Of a stretch of DNA of 64,000 nt, positions 47,034 through 60,841 are shown piece by piece. Made by a program: the position numbers and the translations under genes. The number at the start of each line of letters is the position of its first letter. The first letter of the stretch is position 1. The stretch comes from Phoronis australis (lineage: Eukaryota > Animalia > Phoronida): contig NMRA01000088.1 of assembly GCA_002633005.1 (NCBI GenBank), forward strand, positions 667,318 to 731,317. Reading direction: 5' to 3'. Below the pieces are notes generated by a model. It did no database searches. It saw only the letters and a list, made by a program, of their open reading frames with translations, and was not told where the DNA came from.

Positions 47034-50000
47034 TAGTTGAGTCGAAAAATGACCCCCCGTGCACCCACGGACTTCAACTCCTAAGCTGGATCTTTGCAAA
47101 GAAAAATAAGTGTGAAAACCGAAAAAAAAAAGATGTTAAAAAGCAGAAAAAGTCTCCCACATGCATTTTTTATGCAAAGTAGTGCCGCCATTACCGATTT
47201 TTCGATATTCGACGATATCGGACTTTGTTTTTCCTATAATTGAACAATTCAAGTGTGAAAACTGATATTTTGAGGGTCAAGCATTTCGATGGAATAATTT
47301 TCTTCATAATCTATTGCATCTAATGTGTATTACACGGTTACTTACAATCAATACTACACTGAAAGTCCTGAAGAATAAGTTGGTCATTGGTCTCTAGAGG
47401 CATTGCAGTAGAAGATAATCACTTACTTAGAGACGGTGTAGATTGGACGCAGACATTTCGAGCTGGTCCGCCAGGCCTTTATCGATGAGTGAAGAGTCTC
47501 CCTGCGGATAAGGGCGAGGCTATTGTCATATTAAACGCTAGTGAGTACAAGGATAAAATCGATGAACTGTTAACCGATACCAACACTTATTCCCCCTTAA
47601 ACAAGGACCCTACCAACAAATATCTCCAACGATTAGTCAATATTCTCAGGGACTGGAAGAAAAACAAATCTATGAGTGACAAACTGTATTGGCAATTGTA
47701 CCCTGCTTCGGAGGAACCCCCAAGTCATATAGCACCCCCAAGATACACAAAGACAATGAACCTCTGAGACCCATTGTCTCCTGCTGTGGCAGTATTGCTT
47801 GCAACTCTGCAAAGTACTTGGCTGGTGTCCTCAGGCTTCTCCACGGTAACACAATACACAGTGTACGTCACAGTTCCGACTTTGCTGACAGAGTCAAGAA
47901 CCTGGTAGTTCCTGTAGCACACAAGTTAGTGTCATATGATGTTAGTGCTCTCTTCACCAGTATCCCTGTAGATAAGGCCTTCACCATTGTACGCAGGAGA
48001 CTGTCTGATGACCCCACTCTACGCACTGAATTGTCTGTTGAGCAAATTCACCTGCTATTGGCTTTTTGCCTTAATACTGCATATTTAATATGCAACAACA
48101 GATTCTACCAGCAATGCCACGGAGCTGCTATGAGATCTCCTGTGTCTACTATCATAGCCGATATATACTGGAGGAGTTGGAACAGACTGCCTTGGCCTCG
48201 GCACCCAGACCCCCACCCATCTGGCTAAGGTACGTTGACGACACTTTTATTATGCTACCGGAAAATGACATCTCCACTTTTACTGATCACATCGACAGCA
48301 TTGACAACAATATTCAATTCACCATGGAGACAGAATCCAACAGAACCTCACCTTTCTTGGATCTATGTGTACACGTAGTTGATAATGGCTCCATCAAAGT
48401 TACGATCTACAGGAAACCGACTCACACGGACCGATACATTCAGTTTTCATCCAACCACCCTTAAAACACAAACATTCTGTTGCCCGTACCCTCCCGGATA
48501 GAGATGATCGTTACATCACTGACTACCAAGACTATGTCGAAGAAGTTGACCATGTTGAAAATACTTTACGAGCTAATGAATATCAGGAATGGATGTTCAC
48601 AGACCCCCCAAGTGGTAAACCTACTGAAAAACCCGATGGTCCCTCTATCGCCATCCCATACATAAAAGGAGTGTCTGTCTACAACACACTTACAGAACCC
48701 ATGGAATTTCTTCATATATGAAACCCATCAACACTCTTCGATCCTTACTAGTCCGACCCAAAAACAAAACCCCGATAAAATGTGACCAGGAACCTAACCA
48801 CACCTACACTGGAGAAACCAAAAGACCGTTCCTAACCAGGTTCACAGAACAGCAGATATTAGACAGACCCATAGCTGTGGGGGAACATATATTGGCGACT
48901 GGACATTCCATCTCCCTCGAATCATCTAAGATCTTAGCCAAAGAACAGAATTGCTGTGCTCGCAAGTTAAAAGAATCCATATATATCAGCACTCAGCGCC
49001 CTCTCTTGAACCGGAACCGAACGCTGGTTGTGTATTCGAACATTTATACCTAATCAGCGAAAGGCGGGAAACTCCTCACTCATTGACCAGGTCGAAACGT
49101 CTACGTCCAATCTTCACCATCTCTAAGTAAGTTATTACCTTCTACTGCATACACTGAAAGTGTACAGCAGCCAATATAAACACTAAAGGTGCAATTTTTA
49201 GAGCTTATATAGTCAGCTTTTTAGTCAACCGGATTTCACAATTTTCTTTTAATATTTCAAGGAAAAAATGCAGGGAAATGATTGCAGAAATGAGGGCAGT
49301 TATTAGGTGCTGATGTCACTGCTTACATGTTCCATCACTCCATGTCACGTTCATCGCTTTCCGTGAAACTGCCATACAACTCTCGTCACTTTCCTCTTCC
49401 ACTTCACAAACATCGGTGAGCAAGATATCAATTAGTGAGTTTGGTAAGATAGGACCACACGGCAACACAGATTCTAACACTCCTTCGTTAGTCCGCATCC
49501 ATCCTTGGTGTTCGTCATATGGTTTTGGCTGTTCAATTACTAGTTCGCAAGCGCGCTTGTACAAAGCGACACGGTGGTTTACTCATTGGATGTGAGGTTT
49601 CTGTGTAGCCAGGCACGGGTTAAGTTGAGCAAGGTCAACCTTGGATTTGTTAGTGAGAATTTCATCTTCAACAACTATGTTGCGCAACATCTTGGTACGA
49701 GTGGCATCTATCAATTACTCACGACTCATACATGAGGCTTGTGAACTCCTCCATCCCTTTCAAAACTTCAGAACCCAATCAATGCCAAGTTGCCTGAATG
49801 CTCAGCGAAACTTTGGATTCTTGTCCAGCTTTTTAAGGAGGTCAGCCTTTCCTTTACTTTTAAAATCACTGGTCCAATCTTCCCCAGTGCATATATAAAA
49901 CCCAAGTACAGTTTCACAGTAACCATTTCCCTTGGATTTTGGCCAAGTCGGAGAGCTTCAGTAGTCGCCGGTGTTTTCCAAACTCTTTATCTAGAAATAC

Positions 50001-51849
50001 CAGTCAACTTAATGGCGTATGATGCAGCACAATTACAAAAGGTTCTGACACAGCGTTTCTGTACCCAAGTGAGACAACGCACTGGAGGTTCTTATGTCAG
50101 TCTCTTCGCGGTTGCTGTATATATATGGGTGCTCCTGAGTATGAATCTGAAACATCAGATTAATTTACTTTATGACATCGCAGATTATTTTAAATTAAGA
50201 AATACTCAGAAAATCATGTTCAGAAAAAAGATTGTGAACTTTCCTCGCCATCGGATGTAACATGTTCATGGGTTTTTTCGTCTACAATCAGAATGGCCAT
50301 CTCGCTCTTCTCCAACCTGGAAATTGGCTTCTCACCACTCTAGACTTACGGTAACAGTTGACATAGTTGCGTTTTGTTGTCATCGTTTTCAAGAAACGTT
50401 TTGAAGTCGTACAGTTTTCGTGTATGTGGTCCACCCACGATTATGTTCTCTAAATTGCCACGTTGCAACTGTTTCTGGGCTTTGATGGATTCCGGGAGAT
50501 AGCTGACAGTTGACAACAATAAATGTTTCCTCGACGCCATCTTGTCAAGAACTTGTAAATAGATCTCTCCACATATTGGAGGGAGATTAGCTAACGTGTG
50601 AAGAAGTGTCATGCCATCTTGGATGAATAGAGTATCCTCAGGATAATGAAAGTCTTCTGGAACAGTGTTTTCCTGAAGATAATGCAAAAGGGAGGCTTTG
50701 TTAGTCTTGGAAAAAGGTCATCTCTTGTTCTAAGACGAATCTTCTACTTCGAGACTTCGTCGTCGGATGAGATCTGGAGGCAAAAGTTTTACAATATCAA
50801 GTTCCATATAATCGGCTTTTAATGACCGCGGTAGTTCTGAAGACTGTTAGCATGCCTTCGGAATGTCATCTCAAAGAGTTAGCTCTGTTTTCAGACGTTT
50901 TTCTCTACTTCCTGAACAATATGCTTGTGCCAAAGCATATGGAAGGTTATAATTGATCTATGAAACAGCCAAAATGATAGTGTCACCTCCGTCAATTTTA
51001 TGAAGTTGACGTGGGTTTGCAATGAACCTGTTCTGAAACGATTCATTAGTTTCTCAGAACGGTACCTAAGATTCCCATGCCCGTTCCGTTTTAGTTCCTC
51101 AACGTAAAACAAATAGAAGGAACAGACCTTGATGACGTGATTTTGTTGGACGACGTGATTTTTAAGCTACGGTATGTGTAATTTTTTTGCATTCCTGTTC
51201 CTCTCACAATGCGTAAAGCTGTAAAATTGCCATGTTCACTTACAGAATCTAAATAAAGAATGCATAGGAGTAGAGACTGATCTTTGGCTTCAGTTGATAA
51301 GCTTCGACCTCGTTTTCTTTTTGGAATGATTTTTACATCTGCCTAGACAGCTGCCTTAATTTCAAATGCAGTCCAATTTCCCTGTCCATCACATTGGATT
51401 CGTTCTAATTGACATGTCAGCAAACCGATATGTATATTTTTATGTTAGTTTGTTTTCAAGACGTTTTTTACGTCAAAAGCTGATTTACAGCTTTGATGTG
51501 TTGTCATGTGACTGTCTTAGAAACAATGTTCCTCTTCTTACAAGATGAGAAACAATGTTTCGTTTATTGGAACTAAAATATATTTTCGTTGGGCTACAAC
51601 CTAAACATGATGTCACTGCTTGTTTTCATTTGCCGTCAACATCAAAGTCATGAATTTTATTCAAAAATAGCGGATTTTCATGCCCCACACAGCATATGCT
51701 GAGTGTTTGTAACTGTAAGATAACTTTTATCACTTACTTGTAGTTCTAATGTAATTTTGACCCACAAAACATAAGCCCATACATTAAGCTCTTTCAACTT
51801 TGAAGTTGAAGTGTGGGGTTGCACGGGGGGGCTTTTTTCGACTAGACTA
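47034..51849 (-). mobile_element. Academ (AcademX-like) DNA transposon, decayed; 3-bp TSD TAG
   Basis: TAG|tagttgagtcgaaaaatgaccccccgtgca ... tgcacgggggggcttttttcgactagacta|TAG. Minus-strand XPG/FEN1-like motifs at 49320-50710: KTNKASLLH, QDGM, SIK, NKTQL, EETDIR, LGFYICTGEDWTSDFKSKGK, RVALYKRA..PKP..QGW. Confidence 0.75.
47367..49149 (+). mobile_element. Penelope-like retroelement (RT plus GIY-YIG), 5'-truncated, frameshifted, nested in Academ; 12-bp TSD TACACTGAAAGT
   Basis: PADKG..IV, PKIHK..PLRPIVS, LVSYDVSALFTSIP, WLRYVDDTF, YRKPTHTD.Y..F.S.HP, YTGETKR, RKLKESIYI..LNR. TSD at 47355-47366 and 49150-49161; inverted terminal copy 47404-47468 vs 49085-49149. Confidence 0.92.
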
Positions 51850-52808
51850 TAGGCAATATTTAAAAGGGGACTGTAGTAAAAATAGTGTTGCAGTTAATCG
51901 GTTCCAACACACAAATAAAACTCACATTTGCCCGACTTGCGCGCCAAACAAAAGCCGATTCGTATTCATAGTCAAGACAATGAAATCCTGACAGCGATCT
52001 CTGATATGTCAGTGACGTGTCTGGTGGTCGCCTGCCATCGCTGGGTTGCCAGAACCTTGGCCCAAAGTTGTACAAAAAATATACAGGTTTGCGCCCATAT
52101 GGGTAAAAAATGGACAAATAAAATCTGACTCAAAATTAGTGTTATTAAAACTACCCTCATCCTTGAGTAGGCCTAAACTATATATTTACCGGTGTTGGAA
52201 AAGTTAACGGTCGTTAATCGGCTGCTGCTAAAATTGGAATGCGTTCTCTTGAGTGGGCTTTTGGCGATTACGTCGCCTGACCTTTACCAGTTTCTTTTCC
52301 CCCGATTCTTTTATCAACTGTTCTTCGCTGCCGGCACAAGGTTGCGTACATGTCACAACAAATTAACGTAAATTGGTTTCATTACGTTACAAGTTTTTAA
52401 TATTTTAATACCAGTAAACCGAATTTTAGAACAAACCATGCTGCTGCGAAGCCGTCATCATCTCTCAAAAGACGTTGCAAAATTTTAGGAAATGGCGCGT
52501 GCGACGTGTCATCGATATTTATGATTTTACAAAATAATAAGTTGATGTGAAGGTGGTGTATGAATTCAAGACTTGTAGTAATTTTCATTACAGGCTTTGG
52601 TGTTTTATTACAAGCTTTTCAGTTTCATTCATGCACTTTCGAGAACTTCATGATATTTTCGTAATAGTTTTACAGCCATATCATATATTGAATTTGTTAA
52701 ATGCACGACACTTTTCGTTGCTCACAGTCTTTATTCCGTTACGTTCGTACTTTCGGAACAAAACTCTACTGTCAACTGAACATAGATACAGTAACTGACC
52801 TAGCGTGA

Positions 52809-52945
52809 CCCGGGTGAAAATAATTTCCACCTAGGTTGAAATATTTTCCACCCGGGTGAAAATAATTTCCACCTAGGTTGAAATAATTTCCACCCGGGTG
52901 AAAATAATTTCCACCTAGGTTGAAATATTTCATCCTAGGTGGAAA
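52809..52945. repeat. 21-bp minisatellite with alternating CCCGGG/CCTAGG units (42-bp higher-order repeat)
   Basis: cccgggtgaaaataatttcca / cctaggttgaaatattttcca, about 3 pairs. Confidence 0.9.
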
Positions 52946-55256
52946 AGGAAAAATAAAAAAATTAATAAACTAAAATAGCGATGATACTTTCGGGCCACCG
53001 TAAGAAACACTCTGAACAAGCTTACTGTACACTTTATAGGCATCCCAAAATGAGACTGAAGCTAATCAAGGTGACCTTACAGCTTAGAAATACGCTGATG
53101 TCACAATTTTATAAGCTGTTCTTTTGTCACGGTAGAGCGCAACCTCTAAATCCATATAACAATTTAGGACGTTTTCTTGCAACCATCATCATTCTGTTCG
53201 ATCCCAGACTATGTTTTGGCTGTACAAGTTCAGTCAAACATGCCACAGGTCAAATGCCCAGTGGGGTCATGTGGCCGTAATTGTGTATTGCTTCAGTTCC
53301 TAGAATCCCATGTACAGTAGTGTGTACCCTGCATGTCTCTTTATTCTATTTGTTGTGATAGTGTGGGTTGTGACCTACAACTACTTCAGATAGGGACTGA
53401 GACTGATTCCTATGTGACAGCGAAGATAAAACCAGGAGAAATAGATAGGGAACTTCATTCCCCAAGACAGCACCAAAATACCTCACCAACACATTAAAGT
53501 TCCGTCATTAAGAGAAGAGAAAATAGCTATGCATGTACTCAGGGTACCTATAAATAAATGCTCTTCAATTAAGCTTACTTAACATTAACTGAGTGTGCAA
53601 TCACTAATTGGTAATTCATTAGTGTTTCGTTTGTGCCTGTTCTAAATCATCCAGGGTATTTGATTTTATTTTTTGTAGTTAATGGATTGAAGGCAACAAA
53701 AAGTAAATATAGCTGTAAACATTAACAGTTTGCCTACCGGTACGCGAAACTTAACTCTTTCTCAAGGAGATCTTATCACCCACTGAGAAGAGGATCAAAT
53801 GATGACAAAAAGTAACGCAAAATGAATTTCACGCTATGATGACAGGAAATGGTGGCAAACTCCGAAATAATTTTATCCTCTCTCACTGAGTCTTGATCAG
53901 CTATAAAATCGTACTTTTGTTTGATTCTTATAACAGCAAATCAAAGTATCCCCTGGCCTTAAAAGTGGCAATCCCAGGTGGTCATCTGGTTGTTTCCTAC
54001 TCTTTTAGTTTAGATTCTGTTGCAGGGAACACGCCTAAAATCTGAAAAGCTACATTTCTCTTAAAAAGCTGTACTCTCAAGATACAATAACAGGCGTGCT
54101 TTCAGTAGACGCTAGGACCTACTGTAGGACCTAGCTAAAACCTAGTCAAAGTCACGTGTTCTCATTTAAAATACACGACAATATTTCACGTAATCTCGCG
54201 AAGTCTTTCTTCTTAGCGAGGTCTAGGACTCTTTATCCACCCTCCTAGCGAACAGGTCAATATAGTGGTCACAATAAGCAGTTGCACAAGACGCGTAAAT
54301 TGTTCACCAACTAAATATAATTTATCATCCCTAACTTTTAGTGGTCGACTTGAAAGGGGAATAAAACGATGAATTTATGTTATTTAAAATTTTCGTGATG
54401 TTTTGCAGAATACGAGATATTTCCCCGTTTCCATTTCCTGTTAACCTATATTTCGAACATCCAGAATCTTCCTTGATTTTCCTTGCATTCTAACATAGCA
54501 AATGTCGATTGTTTTGATTTGCAAAACGTCGAAAAATGTCGTGAAAGAATTGAGGCAAGTTTTTTTTGTTCTCTAGATTTAAAGTGTAATCGATATGGAG
54601 CTCGTAAGTGCAACTTTTAGCCAATGAAATCCCTTGTAACTTTTACAGAACGGTTCCCTCTGTTTGGCAGTCAACGACCTATTGGTGCATAAGTAAATTT
54701 TGTTAAGTTCTTAAAACCTCCAATGTCATATCAAAATCACCTAAAGAACAACCCCACTGGTCGATCAGCTGTCAAATTAGAACTTCCGCATAAACTATCT
54801 GACGATACATTAATTAGCTGGTCTCGAGTTCCCAGCATTTATTGGTCGATACATTCTACGTAAACTCGGGACAGCCAATCACAGCGTAAGTCATCCTCCG
54901 TTGTGTTTAGTTTGAAAAGTCGTCATATATTGCTGCTCGTATCTCCTTGGTTTATGGTATAGTAAAGTATTGTTAGGCGCTGCGTTTGTGAGGGTTGTGA
55001 CAACTCAGTATTTGAGCACGCTGTGGTTCTTTTCGCGTATTGGTAAACATGACATACTGGCGTTGTTCATACGTCACACTCACGTCCGTGGAAATACGAA
55101 ACTTTCAAGCAAAGCCGCTTTTCTTCTGTTTTCCCGTTTTCAGGATATTGAATTCACGGTTGAAATATTCAGTGGTATAAAGGAATTAAGGTTTAACGAT
55201 GATGCGAATGTACTCACTTGTCAAAACAAGGCAACTCGTGTTTTTATCGCTTTAAG

Positions 55257-55331
55257 GAGATTTACAGCATGTCCATGGTATATAACTGAATCTGAGATTT
55301 ACAGCATGTCCATGGTATATAACTTAATCTG
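55257..55331. repeat. 37-bp tandem duplication
   Basis: gagatttacagcatgtccatggtatataact(g/t)aatct x2. Confidence 0.85.
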
Positions 55332-56843
55332 TCAAAGCCCTATCAAGCTTCAAGTTGGTAAGTTCCGCAAAAATTCTGTCGCATTATGAAGAGTGGGCTA
55401 ACATTACTCCCAGGCCACAAGAATTTTAAACCTAATACCAAAAACGATTTAGACAGAACAAAATTTAAGACACTAAAAAGACCGGATTAGTGAGCGGATT
55501 AAAGTTATTCAGATTGCATAATTACAAGGGCAGTGCGAGAAGTTAAGACCGAATTATTTCTCGAGCGTTCTCGTTTGCCTCTCAGTGATGTTTGGTTGCT
55601 TTTCCAAACGTTTTATTAGCAATTGAAACGAAAATTTGAATTATTGCTGATAGCTCAGTCGCTCCTCCTTTAGGGTCCAAAAAGTTTTACTCATTTTGAA
55701 TATGATAGCTCATAGTTTAAAAAGAGTTCCCACAAATCTCTTGCAGCGAACGCGCCCCTCGTTTTTTTCCTTCGCTCGCTAACAGGCCACATTCCTTGTT
55801 TACTATTAACACACATTTTGCCTCATTTGTTTCTGTCTATTGTTTTTCAATCCATTTGCGTTTGTACAAGTATGATGACATGCGCTGATCAAGTACGTAA
55901 AATGTCTCATCGTCACAAATATGAACGAAAACTTGTTAAGAAGCGAGACCACCGTTATTCTTCAAGTTACGAGCTCGCAATGGTGACAACTTCGGTAAGG
56001 TTCAGTGGCCGACGAATGGGGTTATGATTTGGCTTTAAACTGCTAGTTTATTGCAAAAGGGTCGATCAGCACTGTTCCAGTTCAAAATAACTGCCAAAAA
56101 ATAGCATTGCTGAATCACACGGTCATTCTGTAAGATCGGTCGCAATCGGAAGACAGCGCTTTCCATAGCTTCTCTTGTACTGAAATTTCGACATTTTACT
56201 TGAGGGTGTTCAGACATAACAGTCCAAACATTTTGCCAAGAAGGGGGAGTACAAGCGAACGAATTTGATTTGAAAGACAAATCGATTAGTAATCACACCC
56301 CGAATAAAAGTAAGATTTCATGATAGCAATCTCATCGCTTTGATTATTTATTGTTTTATCTGGAAGTTTTTCAACGATTGTCGGGATTACTGAAGTTATT
56401 GAATGCTTTAAAATCGCTTTTAGTATGAAAACATGTAATACAATTTCATAAGCTCTCAAATAAATATTTTGAAAGAACGCTGTCCATTCAACTACACAAC
56501 AATAACTAACTTGCAGTGTTACGTCTTAACTTTACAAACATATTGACTCTTGAGCGCAGAATCTAATCTTTGCACACGAACTCGAAATTGGTGTTGATAT
56601 TTCCTGCTATACTCTTTGGCGAACTCAAGAACTGTCTGTTATTCTCTGCTCGAGTACGCTGTGGTTCATGTAGATGACTGCCAATCCTAGGTTGCACTTG
56701 GTGATCCCAACATTAAAGCTACATGTTCTAGTCTGAAGTCTAAATGACGAGTTTTTAGTCGAGCGTGTAGCTCGAATTTAGAGGTCATCAAGTGCGAACT
56801 TGGACTGAATGAATGACGTATTTCACGTAAATAGGCCTTAGCC

Positions 56844-56943
56844 CACATTACAAATATACAATAAACAGAGAGTACATGATATTTAACCCAACATTACAAA
56901 TATACAATAAACAGAGAGTACATGATATTTAACCCAACATTAA
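56844..56943. repeat. 47-bp tandem duplication at the 3' end of the L2-group LINE
   Basis: acattacaaatatacaataaacagagagtacatgatatttaaccca x2. Confidence 0.85.
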
Positions 56944-56949
56944 GTTACA

Positions 56950-58740
56950 TCAAGAAAATAATTTCGACGTTTCTCAGCATTAATCAAATATTTAGCAATT
57001 TTTCTCAAGTTATTTAAGTTGTGGGTCTCTAGGAGATCCTTGAATACTGCATCGTCCACTTTATAGAATCTAAGTAAAAACTGTACGCACAAATCAGAAT
57101 ATAATTAACATTCGAGAAGAAAGAGTATTTCTTATTCCACTTGACCCCTATTGAAGCACAGACATGTTCTCTCCTCTCTATCAAGACAAATAATTTTCCT
57201 TAATTATTATTAAAGAATTAGCCGAACACCTAAATCTTGCCCTAACCAAGCTGTCACTCCTAGACCTGGAGAATCACACCATTATCTTTGCCACCGATTC
57301 CATGGTAGTGTTGATGAAAGTTCAATCTGGAAACCTCCCAGCCAACTGGGGTGTCTTCCGATCACGCCACCCTCATCATGTAGTGATCTGGTCTTTCGTA
57401 CCTGGCCACGCCGGTGTCTTGATTAATGAGCGTGCAGATTACCTCGCTGGCTCATGCACCACCAACCAACCCCTCTACTTATATTCGGCTGACGTTAAGC
57501 TGCTGGCTCGCAAACGCAACCTCGAGCAGACTGCATCTCAGCTGGTTGAGTTCAATGATGGCAGCCGCCTGCTCGAAGCCGGTATTATTTATGGCCATGC
57601 TGCGAAGAGTCACAAGAAGAGCCGTGCCCGAGTGCTGTCTAATCAAATGCTTACAGGCAACGTCAGCCCTGGAGTTCTGCGCCTTCTGCTGTCACGGGGA
57701 TGGTCTGGGGAGGGGATTAATGCACCAGCATATCCCCAATGATCCTGTCCGTGACAGGTATTACAGGTATTACTAAATCTTGCGAAGGCTGCTCTCTAAG
57801 TGAACTGCAGACATGTTGTGTATTTTTCAATGACGATATACTTTTTTTATAATTTTATAAACATCTAACGATTGGAAAGACATTCTGTAACTTCAGTCCT
57901 GGATATCAAGGTCACAGCATCGTTGCTGAAATTCACATCTAAATGAGGCAGTATCGCCTGCGCCTTGTTGTGCCCAAGGCACTTCCAAAACTGTACGTAA
58001 ATAAGGCGTTTCACATTTAGAGCCCAGCAACACTTATTTTGTTCAGCCATTTCATATTGCACAGTATAGCACACACTAACATAGCGATGGCTTGGCATCT
58101 TGACAATCTTTAACCAGGATTTAACAATTCTCAATATTCAGTGTATTATCGTCACTCTACCTCGCTCTCCTCTCACTGCAACGTTTGAAACATGCTGTCC
58201 AATAAGAGCTTACGAAATTTACTGTACATTATTTCAATGTCTTGTGCTGGATGAAATCCGCAAATGTAAGAACCATACAACATAATCGGTACTACTTTTG
58301 CATCAAACAGTTTTAGCCACATTGGCACAGGAACGTCAGTTTATTCAGTCACGTGGTTTTTCAGTACAAAAATAGCCTTCGTTGCTCTATCAGCTAATGC
58401 TTTGTGCGCCTTTGAAAACACTCCCTTGGTGATAAATTTGATTCCTAAATAGTTATACTCTGAAGTCGTTGATAAAATCTCCCCGAATAATTTCCACTTT
58501 TCATAATTTCTTAAATATCCCCCTTACGGAAGATTTTAATTTTTGTTTTTGACATATTCACATGAAGCTTCCATATATTAAAGCATTCTCCTAGTTTGGT
58601 AATTAATCTTCGCATCGCAACAGTGGTTTCTGCAACGAGAACCAAGTAATCGCCAAACAACAGTGAATATAAATTTACAAAACCAATATTTACACACGAG
58701 CCTTGTTCATTTTGTAAATCTTCTTCCACACCTTTTACAA
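56950..58740 (-). mobile_element. Decayed L2-group (Crack/Daphne-like) LINE, RT C-terminal half
   Basis: LLFGDYLVLVAE (decayed FADD), WKLHVNMSKTKIKIFRKG, YNYLGIKF, AFARFRCSA..LDREERTC...VE*EILFLLEC*LYSDL. Confidence 0.75.
57241..57772 (+). mobile_element. 5'-truncated RNase H-encoding non-LTR retrotransposon inserted in the L2-group LINE; 11-bp TSD CTAAATCTTGC
   Basis: Open frame IIFATDSMVVL...WSFVPGHAGVLINERADYLA (RNase H C-half); tail (aggtattac)2; TSD at 57230-57240 and 57773-57783. Confidence 0.85.
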
Positions 58741-60841
58741 TAGACACCCGGTGCAAGTGAACCGCACTCGAGCACAGAATAATGTACACTTGTACACTGT
58801 TTATCTTGATTTCGTCTTACAGTGACATAATGGGCAACAATAAAGTTGAGCAAAATTACACAACATTTCAGCAGTTGCTCTATCTAGCGTTGTGCCGTGT
58901 ATGTATACGTACGTACGTGTAGTACCATTGTAAGTACCAGCAACCTACTCAATATCTCGAACGACAAAATTATTTGAGCTCGCCCAAAATATTATATTGT
59001 AAACCTCTTATTTGTTAATTTCAAAACTGCATCATCTACATGAAAAAATCTCAGACAGTCCTGTTCATGAAAATCGATTGTTAAACCGCTACATTGGTGT
59101 GTCAAGGATATCATGGGGTACAACCTCGATTTTCCCTAAAAAATGTCCGCGCAATCCCAGGTGTAACGGAAAGCCATCTATTGGCTCTTTTGTTGACTAA
59201 CTCACTGCACTGGTACATGTACAGGTATAGCCGTTTCGAGCTCTGAATAACAATTTGCAGGTCGGTGCCTTTTGAATGATTGTATCTACCCTGAACCCTG
59301 GTTTGTGTAATTGTAATTGCCAAAGTATACATGTCTATACGTGGGTTGTAATATGTTTTGCGTGCAAGACAAGCCTCTTGAAGGCGTGGAAACCTGTAGG
59401 AATCAGAAACGCACAATTATAAGCGAATAAAATACTATATTAAAGCAGACACTTGATGTTGGTATAATTGAAAAACAAGACTAAACTTCAGTGATTTAAC
59501 AAATCGTTATAACTGATAGGTGGCACCACAAACCATTTCAATCCCTAAAAAATATCAACATGACAGCATTTGGTCGTGTTCTTGGGCGGCAGGGGGTGCT
59601 CATATGCTAAAACAGAATTGAGATCGGTAGATCGCAAGACATTAGCTTGCTGGCTTGAGGCGAAAAATCTTCGCTTATAGAACGGACACAGAGAATCAAT
59701 CCCAAAGTTCAACACTTCCACACAATGGCCGCCATTTTGTTAGGTTTCTCTATAGTATAAGTAGAGACCGTAGAGAGGGAGAAAAACCACCTAGTGAAAT
59801 CCCATTGGACGGCCACTGGCGGCCATTGTTGTTCCATGGACCGTAGAAACGTCTAGCGGACGTGTGTGCAATAAACAAATATGGCAAGACCTATGACGGC
59901 AACAGTCGGTAAAAAGCAACGGTTCGTTTTGCAATACCTGCGTATGCAGCAACAGTTAATATTAATTGAAAATTCGTGACTTTTTTGCTTCCCCACTGAT
60001 TAAGATAGATGATGTTCACGATTGAAACAAAGAATGTTTTTGTGTGAAACTGCTGCCAGTCAACCAGTGATGGACCGGGTGATTTGACCTTAATGTCTTT
60101 ACTGTTCCCTGCATTTGATCGCATATATAGAAAATTATCGTTAATTCTTTGCATGGTTTTGGGACCTCTTGATTACTTTATTCTATGCCCATTGCTTTAC
60201 TTTCTTTCATTTCTTTCTGCAGTCTTAATACATTCAGATCTAAAAGATTATAATATTTACTATTACTACTTATTTAGTAATTTTATTATTGTTATATTAT
60301 CATATATTTGTTTTATTATTCTTTATTTATTATTATTTATTTTTTTTTATTTATTCATTGTTTTTATTGATTTGCTGTTACTTATTTAAATTATTTCTTG
60401 TGATCCCATACAGTTAACATTCTGGCCATCGTTGGTCAACAATTTACTTTATATAGTCATGATATGGACTTCAGTGCATAATAAATATTAATTGTATGAT
60501 TTGGTAACCCGCTTGATAATTTTCCATGAGAAGTGTCGAAGGAAGTGTTCTCTTAAAAGCACATTGAGTCTTACATCGGAGTGTACTTCGGTAGTATGTG
60601 TACTACCTTGGAAACACCGTCACACTCAGTGACGATGTAGTTTCTTTAGATTTTTGTTTAAAACATCAAGTCAGGAAATGAGGCGTCCTTATGTTATTTA
60701 CTTTGAAGTTGGTCACTTTTACCTGCCGATGTAGGCTGAATATGCCTTAACTAAGTGCTTATAGTTGATTTTAAAAAGTGTGAATGGTTTTCGAGAGCTA
60801 GTACGAACGCATCGTAAAATCTACCCTAAATGGACTGTGTA

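Noticed and set aside
54970-55389. 139-aa ORF
   Set aside because: Non-ATG start, no motif, and it includes a tandem duplication.
60084-60389. Hydrophobic 101-aa ORF resembling a membrane protein
   Set aside because: Low-complexity T-rich (TTA/TTTA) sequence.
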